Assembly (NCBI GenBank): GCA_033442325.1
Contig: JAWQFM010000024.1
Location: forward strand, 48,954-112,953
Reading direction: 5' to 3'
From: Salpingoeca rosetta
Taxonomy: Eukaryota; Protista; Choanoflagellata
Length of the DNA stretch: 64,000 bases
Below, piece after piece: positions 54,601 to 64,000 of the stretch; positions within the stretch are counted from its first letter, which is position 1; the number at the start of each line of letters is the position of its first letter. The position numbers were made by a program, and so were the translations under genes. The notes below the pieces were generated by a model. It ran no database searches and was not told the DNA's origin. It was given only the letters and a program-made list of their open reading frames with translations.

Positions 54601-55358
54601 GGAGCAGTGCTGCTGTTGTTGCCCGCCTGTGGTGGGAGCTTCCACAGGCGCAAAGTCTTATCCCCTGATGCCGACACGATGAGGGACCCAGAAGCCGCGA
54701 GGCACAGGCCGTTGACATATGCCGTGTGGCCACCCATCGACGCGATGCGAGACAGGGTGGCGGAGGTGGATGACCTTGCTGTTGCTGTTGACGATGAGGA
54801 GGAGGAGGACGACGACGGTGAAGTGACCAGGCGCCACACGTTGACGGCGTAGTCGCCACCACCGGAGATGACGCGCGTGCCGTCGTCCGTGATGCAGACG
54901 CAGCCAACACCTTTGGCGTGCGCATCTTCGATGACGCACTCGCATTTGAAGGTGTCCAGGCTCCAGATGCGGATTGTGTTGTCGCGGCTGCTGCTGATGA
55001 TGTGCTTGTCGTCTGGGGTGATGGTGATCGACGACACAAAGTTGGAGTGGCCCTCCAGGGTCGCCACGCACTCGCGCGTCGCCGTGCTCCACACCTTGAT
55101 GGCGTTTGCGGCCAGCCCACGGTTGAGCGCAAAGGTCATGACGACGCCGCAGCCAGACACGACGTACCAGCCGTCCCGCGTCTCGCTGATGGCGTTGACG
55201 TCACTGATGTGGCCCTCCAGCTGCGCAACGCACGCGTGCGTCTGCAAGTCCCAGATGCGGATCACGTCATCCCGGCTGCCGGAATACACATGTCTGCCGT
55301 CCGCTGACGCGTACACGCAACGCACCCACTTGGTGTGCCCTTCAAACACGGCCTCCAT
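51621..55358 (-). CDS. Intronless WD40-repeat TRP-like cation channel
   Basis: Seven GH..W[D/S/R/K/C] WD40 repeats; TM region with SLWNWLDL, GPLVLMLLQILRD, pore segment ALFTTTTMLLFGGYD, S6 VILLNLLIAILSDSYERI; C-terminal coiled coil. ATG at 55358. Confidence 0.92.
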   Translation of the reverse strand: MEAVFEGHTKWVRCVYASADGRHVYSGSRDDVIRIWDLQTHACVAQLEGHISDVNAISETRDGWYVVSGCGVVMTFALNRGLAANAIKVWSTATRECVATLEGHSNFVSSITITPDDKHIISSSRDNTIRIWSLDTFKCECVIEDAHAKGVGCVCITDDGTRVISGGGDYAVNVWRLVTSPSSSSSSSSSTATARSSTSATLSRIASMGGHTAYVNGLCLAASGSLIVSASGDKTLRLWKLPPQAGNNSSTAPTKKSQQQQQQTKEGARHLVGTLTGHRSAVTAVAVVPNAQNNVVSVSDDTTVKVWCLETRTCLATLLGHTSTVFCVSVTRDSEHIVTGSDDNTVRVWRAPFEALETVRLAPQDALALATKGVFTHVDVPEIQRVLQPGVLSLIASDPPRAIRLAIKGLLPYVGEPAVQAHLLPHVLDLIAEDPPAAIALAQSGKLPYASVPEVQTSLFQAAIGSDISLAVEIANDVLTLPPANTFRTYVPRARLRPGDFIVVDAGLLLRRAEFEAYVETHERRDATLVRTQVLDLDMRALCGARRRWRWWWWSLIVGDEAAASRKGSRLSENAHMDGGTAGYHHVHTSHVAVGSSSDSTSGANGGHDNSASTATTSFASSPPSAPQAAWGDGTTNTNSSSSNTNANSSSNTSSNSSSNAQGADLASSRAPLVPAVGTTANTNGTAAFSSIPQTGAAVAGGTGEPASTSVPMPPPVPSSSSSAPSSSLFSSLVASGRAELFQYLPLRAAVQLRWQCGGRFAFVLEATLHVIMLALLVFVSVSTHQWPASLDVPSSSSSSSGSQTMSTTTTTMTTTTAATSTSASGLGGGSTDDGTVAMQSVVLAILVLAAISGADEAYQLSHRAATHFSSLWNWLDLARTSMTLAFGVLYLQESRAARTVLAFTVVLQWIGLLYFLLPFQRTGPLVLMLLQILRDTYVFLAVLLVVVLGATNSLYVFLHDAGGGGFTDVAQALFTTTTMLLFGGYDDSLFTSASDNLSLRVVFIAVMFLVLVILLNLLIAILSDSYERIQDRSAMELTMAKAKILDDQEASLFLWLRRVMAAAFGIVAFAVFVVVNVLTLGRFEQRLAGAVGEYVGTATPAPRTPPLPTMATSTTTTSTLHGSTQQQQRRYRHRQRQVVECKGTRDVAKLLLITQPLRVGAWPERGAVLIPEHASQLAEDQAVWQGMLRDIKGRVGQAEERMGARVEELAKIVDKHVGDTQRSMKDVRAALAQLDAKLNRLLAD

Positions 55359-55658
55359 GTGACGTGTGGTGGTGAGTGAAGGTGTAGTTTGGGGGGGTGG
55401 TGTTGTGTGGAAAGGGGGAGGCAGGGCAAGAGGGCAGTGGGTGAGACTGGGCGAGTGAGTGAAGAAGGCGTGAGTTGTTTGCTTTGTGCGCAGAGATTGA
55501 AGGGCAGGGTCGCCAACCACACCACCGCCAGTCGTGACGAAATGTGCTGAAAAACATTCGCAAATCGCCCACAATCACATCGCGCGCCACTTGCTTGCTT
55601 GCTTGCTTGCTTGCTTGCACACACACACACGCAGATCATTCCATCATCGTCAGCCAGC

Positions 55659-55831
55659 ATGAGCCACAAAGTTGCGGACGTGTACCTGAAGTGGCTGCAA
55701 GGTGGGGCCTTGTTTCCAGACTACTTTCCCGTGTACAACACAAGCTGCAGTGAGGTGCAGGCGCAATGTGAGGGCGCCTTCAACTGCCTCTCCCCAGACC
55801 GCGTCGCCATTGCTTCCTTCATCGGCCACAT
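55659..55831 (+). CDS. Possible first exon of a small unknown gene
   Basis: MSHKVADVYLKWLQGGALFPDYFPVYNTSC..IASFIGH with GC3-biased codons, followed by a GTGCGT donor and (GT)n. Continuation unclear. Confidence 0.35.
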
Positions 55832-55840
55832 GTGCGTCTG

Positions 55841-55937
<97 letters not shown>

Positions 55938-56093
55938 ATGAAGAGGGACATGACCACGAGCGCACGCCGCGCATCTCTCTCGTGAGACTCTTCTTCCTCA
56001 GCCAATCTCCCAACAATCACACACACACACACACAATCAAACGACATACATGTGCGTACAATCACTCGTGTGCACGTACGTTGAGGAGGCGGT

Positions 56094-57514
56094 TCAAAGT
56101 GTACCGCAAACTGCCTGCTGCTGACAAGTGTTGGTGGGTGAGCAAGTAAGTCGCACAGGCACCCACTTTTCGAGAGCCACAGAACCGCTGCTGTTGCTGT
56201 TGCTGTTGCCGCTGCTGCCATCACCGGGTGCACGTGTGCTTCCCTGTTGCGCCGCTGACCGCGTGTCGTCGTCGTCGTCGTCGTCGTCGTTGTTGTTGTT
56301 GTTGTTGTTCACAACAGATGCAGAGGCATCAACGGTTGCGCCCGCCGTTGTACCCGCGGTGGTGGTGGCTGTCACGGACGTCGTCCCACCTGCCCCAGTT
56401 GCCGCAGTTGTCGTCGTCGTTGTTGTTGTTGCGGTCGACGTCATGGGGTGGGGTGGGTCGATGATGGCGCGGTGAATTGTGACGAGCGGGTGCTTTGCCG
56501 CGTCCTGGTGTTCCGTGGAGGCGAATTTGACCTCGAGCGACGTGGCAGTTGCGTCACCCAGTCGCACCAGCAGCACTCCGGTCCAAGCCTTGGTTGCGGT
56601 GGTGTTCGTGTGCCATGCCTCGACAATGGAGGTGATGTCCCACGACAGGTGGCCAGCGGTGGAGGGGAAGGCAACTTGAGTTGGGGACTGCAGCTGAGCT
56701 GTTAGGGACGCGCTGGGAACGGTGCAATCGCCCGTGCAGGCAAGATCAAGTGGGCCGGCCACCGCCTGCACAATCAGCGGAGGGAGCGACCCCGTGAACG
56801 GCGTGACAGTAACCCCGATGAAGTACAGGCTCAGCTCCACGCTTGTTAACGTTGCAGCGGAGTTTAGCTGTTCACCCAGCAGCTGCCCAAGCGCATCCAG
56901 ATCAACCTGCACCAGCGCATGCTGTGGCGGGTTTCCAGCCACAACCCTGCCATGCAAACACGCCAACCCGCCATGCTCATCATGTCAGGCACGCAGGTGC
57001 ACAACACAAAGCAGGTGGTGCGCGGTAACGTGTGATCTCACATGAAGCAAGACTTGTGCAGGGGAAAGAGGGGGGGGGGCGGTGACTGGGAGGTTGGTTG
57101 ATTGACCAGTGGTGTGGTTCACCTCCAATGTGCGCCCAGGGTACGGACGCACGTGCACGCCCCATATACATGCATCACACGAGCCAGCCAGACTCACAGG
57201 GTCGATTCGGTTTGGCCAAGAATGGCATCGTTGCTCCAGGTCGCATCATGGACGATGTTCACCGTGGACATCTGGCTTGGACCAGACAATGGGTCCACTA
57301 CTTGGTTTGTTGTCGTTGTGGTGGTGGTGCTCGAGGCTTGCTGTTGATTCCAGCGACCAGTGTGGTCATCATCGCCACCGTTGCCATGATTCCAGTTCTC
57401 CCACCACGACCACCCTCCTCCTCCTCCTCCTCTCTGCCCTGCGCACGGCGTGAGCACCGCCACAAACACCACCGCCACCGCACACACAAACACCACCAAC
57501 CCCTCCTTCCTCAT
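56094..57514 (-). CDS. Secreted protein with DNRLRE-like beta domain and Thr-rich linker; exons ~57514-57198 and 56947-56094 (3' end uncertain)
   Basis: Signal peptide MRKEGLVVFVCAVAVVFVAVLTPCAG; HDATW, ALVQVDL, LTSVELSLY, SWDITSIVEAW, GVLLV, VKFASTE..HPLVTI. Confidence 0.65.
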
Positions 57515-57637
57515 TTCCACCTGCGTGTGTTGTTTTTTGTGGGAACTCCACAACGTCAGTTGGTTTTCGCTGAGTCAGCAAGCAAGACAAACAAAGCAAG
57601 CAAGCAAGGAAGGAACGCGCAGGCAGGAGAGACGGCG

Positions 57638-58505
57638 ATGTTTGGTGGTGGTGGTGGTGGTGGTGGTGGTGGTGGCAAGGACAAGCGAGCGGAAGCAGTG
57701 GCTGCAGCCAGACAGGCACGCGAAGACAGGTGTGTGTGTTGTGTTGTGTGTATGTATGTGTGTTGTGTGTGCGAACTGCTGATTGCACGACTGCCATGCT
57801 CACGATATACATATCGCTCCAGCCCCCCCCCCAAACCCATTCCAACCATGTTCACAATCCCCACCACCACCATCGTCATCATAGACAACGGGCTCGGGAA
57901 CAAGAAGAACGTGATGCGTTGGAGAACAGCGCAGCCATCACCATCCAGGTTTGATGAAACCTCATGCGATGTGTGCGTGTGTGCGTGTGTGCATGTACAG
58001 ATGCTTGATTGTGTACGTGCAGCTGCTGATCCGGTTGTTCATCGAGCACTTGCTTGCCTTCAGCTCAACCCACTCTTTCCCGTCTCTCCTCCTCGGGCTC
58101 ATATGCATGCGCACGTACACGCGCACAGTGTGCTTGCAGGCAGCATTTGGCAAGAAAGCAAAAGGCAGCAGCGTACCGCGAGCGCGTTGATGCTGCGCTG
58201 AGCAGAGATGAGGGTGCACTACCGCCGCTCCAGCTGTATGAGGTGGTGCGCATGCTGCTGCGCGTGTTTGATCCCGCCCACGACCGCGACCGCTTCCACA
58301 CTACAGCCAAGATTATCCTGCGAGGCGTGTTTGCTGCCGGCAGTGACAGTGCCAATGCCCTCAACTCGTACTTCTCTCTCATCCTCAACAAAGGTACAGG
58401 ACGTGACACGTATGCAGTCGTGTCTGTTGTTGTGGCGATGGCTCGTATGGGGGCGTGGTGTTGTTGTCTTGACCTGCTCAACAACTCTCACGAAATTCCA
58501 ATGAC

Positions 58506-58601
<96 letters not shown>

Positions 58602-59376
58602 ACGCGCAACTGCCCCAGCTGTGCTCCAAGGCTGGATCGCGCAGGTGAAGGCGTTGATGCGAGTGGCGAGCGACGTGCTGGTGAACCTTCGTGACCGAAG
58701 AGACGACCACGCCCTTGCCCACACCAGCGCCACCCTCCTCCTCACATGCCTCGACCACGAGCGATGGAAGCTGCCTATGGGTACTGTGCTTACTTCTGTA
58801 CTGCGCTTTGCATGTTCATGTGTGTGTATGTGCGTTCGTGTGTTTGTGTATGTGCGTATGTGCGTACATGCATGTGTAGGAGGTTTGCCTTCTGTTGCGA
58901 CTGCGTTCCTGTTGTTGCTGTACTCTGATTGCCACATCTTTTCCTTCCCGACACTCTTTCACTCACACACACACACGCACACACACACACGCACACACAC
59001 ACACACACTCACTCACACACACACACACACTCACTCACTCACTCACACACACGCACACACTCACACACGCATGCGCCCCCGCCTCGGAACACCTTTAGAC
59101 CCCGCCAAGGCGGCCGTGTTCCGAGTCATTGCCGGCTCTTTCCTGACCACGCTCGACAAGCCACACGTCTTTGCCGCCCTCAAGGTGGCAATGCTTCGCC
59201 CAACACCAGCTACCGTCATGCCTTCACCTCCAACAACTCTGCACGTGCCCCCCTCCCCGCCACAACTTACCACTCCCTCTCACTCACTCACTCACTCACT
59301 CACTCACTCACTCACTCACTCACTCACTCACTCACTCACTCACTCACTCACTCCCTCACACACACACACACTCACT

Positions 59377-59418
<42 letters not shown>

Positions 59419-59680
59419 ACATGTCCTCTTTTCATTGCAGGGGTATCTGGACATGTGCTTGGCTGCGCCAAAGTCGCGGTGTCAGCCGCCAACAATGGCC
59501 GTCATTGTTGCTCTCCTCAACAGGCTCCTCTCCTCCACCAAGGACAAAGACGCCACCCTCAACGCATTCTGCCTATCCATGATGCAAGTGCCCACGGTCA
59601 TGGCCGAAATCAAACTCTCCACCTTCACTGCAAAGGAAGACGTCCTCCAATACGCCATCCATCACACACAGGTGCGTGTG

Positions 59681-59744
<64 letters not shown>

Positions 59745-62700
59745 GGGGGAGCGGGGTCTGCCTGTCTGTCAGCACAAATATGGCTCTTGGTTTGCATCGC
59801 TGTGCCTGCTCTTTTCCTCTTGAATGCATATGCACACATCGACTGAAGCACACTCGCTACTACCACCCCCTCAATCTCAACTCCTCCCTTCCCTTCCCTA
59901 CTCACACCACACCCCCATCAACCCGAACCCTGTCACCCCCTCCCTGTCGCCGCTGCTTTCATACAATAGGCGCTTGTGGGCGCACTCTCTGATGACGGCA
60001 ATGCAGCCCTGTTCTTTCTCGGAAACACATGCTCGCTCTTCGACGCACAGACCACAATCAAGGTGAGGGGATGGTCACAAACAGCCATCTGAAGTGTGAA
60101 TGCACGAAGACATAACCACGCCCTCCCATGCATACCTGCATGTATGTATCTGTCTCCCGCTCGCCCTTCTCTCGTCCTCCCTCCTCGCCGTTCGCGTCCA
60201 CTCACCCCCCCCCAACCACCACCACCACCACCACCACAACAACAACAGCACACAGATGTGCAGGACTTGATGTCGGCGTGTGTGGAGTGCTGTCTCAACT
60301 TCACTCGGAAACACCAAACCAGGTCTGCCAAATCCACGAAATCCTCCTCCACCTCCTCCGAGCACCCTCTGCTCGGGTGGTACCGTGGCCACACCGCTCG
60401 CGGACACCTCGACGCAATGCCGCGCGTGCTGGGCCAGCTGCGCTCGCTCTGGTCCCCGCTCGCTGTGCGCACGCGATTTGAGGACGTGTGGACGGAGACG
60501 GAGCGGCTGCGGGGGCACAACCCGAAGGACGGTGGGCTGCAGACCCTCGGCAAGTTAACACACCAGCAGCCACCATCGTCATCATCATCACCATCATCAT
60601 CGTCAGCGTCGTCATCGTCGTCGGCAAAGCCCTCGTTGGCCTCATCCGCAACATCCCCAAGACCAACAGCAGCCAACGCTACAACCACCGCATCTGCACC
60701 AACGCCAGCATCATCCTCATCCTCGTTATCCTCATCGTGGTGGGCGCCATCTGCGTTGCGACTGCGCCAAATCTTCCAAATGACATCGTCGTCACACCGG
60801 TTTGTGGATAAGGCGGCGAGTGAGCGCGTGGCGCGGGCGTGTGCGTTCTACCAGTCCCTGTACACGACCATCAAAGTGGCAAACCAGGAGGTGCTGGGCG
60901 CCATCGCCTTCAACCTTGACCTTGTGCCGCGCCTGTGGACCTTCATGCACCACATTGGGCCCAAGGGAAACATGGCCGTGTTCATGGCGGTTGCTGCTGC
61001 CGCCGCTTCCGGTGGGCTGGAGCGTGACCCACTCGTCGCCTGTCTGGAGGTGGCGTGCGACGCCACACGCATCCTGCTCACCGTTGTTGACGATGGCGAG
61101 ATGTTTGGCGCAGCATCCGCAACAGGAGGAACAGGCGCAGGAACAACAGGAACGGGCAGCGGTCCTCTCTCGGCGGAGCACCTCATCCTCATCTCGGCGT
61201 TCCTGAACAGATTCATGTACTCTGTCATATGGGACCATGGCCTCTCCCTCAGCACCATGGCCAAACACAGCGACCGCCACCACCACGCGCGCGCCACGAC
61301 GCTCCTGCGCAGCTGTACACGCCTCATCCGCCTCATTCGCGACTTGGACGACCGGCAGCAGTTTGCGCCGCAGAACCACTGGCTGCTCAAGCAGGCGCGC
61401 CCACGCACCATCACTGCACAGTACATCAAGGAGGCCACTGCTGCTGGTGGTGGTGGTGGTGGTGGCAGTGGTGGTGGTGATGCGGCTGGTGATCGTGCCC
61501 ACACGCTGCTGCGGTTCCTTCCACACCTGGTGCCCTTTCGCGAGCGCGTGAAGCTGCTGCGTCAACTGCTGGACCACCACCGCCAACGGTACCTCTCGGC
61601 ACTGCCCCAGTTCCGCACGGACCCGATGGCCAAGATCAGGCGCACCGCCGTGCTCACAGACGGGTTCCGCGAGATTCGGCAGTTGGGACCGGACGCCCTC
61701 CGCGACAATGTGCGTGTTGTGTTTATCAACGAGCAGGGCCTCCCCGAGGCCGGCATTGACGAGAGGGGATTGTTCAAGGAGTTTCTGGAGCAGACGCTCA
61801 AGGCAGGGTTTGATCCAGAGTTTGGGCTGTTCACGGCAACGCCAGAGGGCAACAACACGCTGTATCCCTCGCCCACGAGCAGCGTGCACGAGAACCACCT
61901 GCAGCTGTTTGAGTACCTTGGTCGCATGGTGGGCAAGATGATCTACGACGGGATGGTGGTGGAGCTGCCGCTCGCCCCGTTCTTCTGCAACAGCATATTG
62001 GGCATCAGCAACACGCTGCGTGACCTCCCTGCCCTCGATCCAGACCTGGCCCGCAACCTGCAGTTTGTCAAGACGTACGAGGGCGACGTGAGCGACCTCG
62101 GGCTGTGTTTTGCTGTTGACGATGAAGTGTTTGGGCACCACGTGACCGTCCCGCTGCGGCCCGGCGGCAGCGCCATCGACGTCACCAACGACAATCGCAT
62201 CCTGTACGTGCACTTGCTCGCCGACTACCGCCTCAACAAGCAGCTCGACAAGCAGAACCAGGCGTTTGCGCGCGGCCTCACGCACATGGTGCCGCGGCAC
62301 TGGCTGCGGCTGTTCACGGCGCCTGAGCTGCAGCGTCTCATCTCTGGGGACAACGCCCCCCTGGACATCAACGACCTGAAGCGGAACGCGCAGTACATTG
62401 GCGGCTACACGGCGAGCCACCGCATGATCAAGTGGCTGTGGGAGGTGGTGGGCCGGGACTTTTCTCGCGAGGAGCAGCAGATGTTTCTTCGCTTCGTCAC
62501 CAGCAGCTCCAAGGCGCCTGTGCTCGGGTTTGCCACGCTGCAGCCGCCATTCACCGTGCGCTGCATGAACGAGGGCGACAGGGAGGAGGTGGTCACCGTT
62601 GGGGGCGTTCTCGCCAACTTCTTTTCCCGCGGCACAGACACGGCGCGCCTTCCGTCTGCATCCACCTGCTTCAACCTCCTCAAGCTGCCCACGTACAAGT

Positions 62701-62768
62701 CAAAGAAAGCCCTGCGAGAGAAGCTGCGTTATGCAATCTCCCAAGGGGCGGGGTTCGAAATGGCATGA
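57638..62768 (+). CDS. UBE3B: HECT E3 ubiquitin ligase, UBE3B-like, multi-exon
   Basis: N-terminal IQ motif; PHLVPFRERV, EAGIDERGLFKEF, FLRFVTSSSKAPVLGF, UBE3B-type insert TVGGVLANFF, RLPSASTCFNLLKLP, LREKLRYAI..GFEMA*. Confidence 0.94.
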
Positions 62769-62893
62769 GGCAGGTGTATGTGTGTGTGTGTCTGTCTGGT
62801 GTGTGTGTGTCTGTCTGTGTGTGTGTGTGTGTGTCTGGTGTGTGTCTGTGTGTCTGGTGTGTGTGTGTGTGTGTGTGTCTGTGTCTGTCTTCT

Positions 62894-62958
<65 letters not shown>

Positions 62959-63369
62959 CTATGTGTACGCGGGCGTGTACATATGAATGCATCCGCGCCT
63001 GAGCGCGGGTGTGTGATATAAATATTAGATCCCCCCCCCCCCCCCCCCCTTTTTTCCCCTCCGCCTCCTCTTCTCTCCTGGTTCCGGCCCCCGTATTCTA
63101 TCCTAACTGCCGTTGCACCATGGTGTTGTTTCCTTGGTTGTGTTCAACTCCCCATACAAGAATCAATCGATTCAGTCAACAAGTCAGTGTGTGGTTGTTG
63201 TTCCACCATTGCTCGCCCCCCCCCCTCACGCCTCCACCTCCAAAGCGCCGCTGCCACACGTGTAACGCCCACACATCTCGCAGATACTGCAACAACCATC
63301 ACAACAGGCATGACAACAGCCACTACAACAACATCCACGCCAAAGCTGGCGTGCCATCAGCAGGGCTTG

Positions 63370-64000
<631 letters not shown>

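Noticed and set aside
60792-62420. 542-aa minus-strand ORF and similar long antisense ORFs (e.g. 53535-54852, 51640-53607, 3470-4165)
   Set aside because: Shadow ORFs of high-GC3 genes on the opposite strand; no independent motifs.

Overview
Eukaryotic, intron-rich, GC-rich genomic DNA full of (CA)n/(GT)n microsatellites, most consistent with a choanoflagellate such as Salpingoeca rosetta (inferred from gene content and intron style; not verified). Left ~11 kb is an accessory-looking zone: a frameshifted FANCD2 fragment and other gene relics, an intact HET/TIR-like-TPR-PH gene, 3.7 kb of low-complexity DNA and a 100-N gap. The rest is compact and gene-dense: NSMAF/FAN (5' part, cut by the gap), inositol polyphosphate kinase, TPI, a predicted myristoylated protein, THG1, soluble adenylyl cyclase (ADCY10-like with STAND NTPase), SLC44 choline transporter-like, RIT1, a CBM21 PP1-targeting protein, a Cys-type SelF/Sep15, an intronless WD40-TRP channel, a secreted DNRLRE-like protein, UBE3B, and the 3' end of YME1L/FtsH. 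Best leads: (1) a strand-polarised repeat pattern (GU-rich after exons, CA-rich before exons) that could pair in pre-mRNA; (2) an immune-receptor-like HET/TIR-TPR-PH protein with near-identical but variable repeats; (3) a sAC lacking both bicarbonate-site residues; (4) an unrecognised 36-aa repeat in the WD40-TRP channel; (5) an apparently obligatory 11-nt microexon building the UBE3B IQ motif. All family calls come from motif recognition by eye; no searches were run. No RNA genes or CRISPR arrays were seen.
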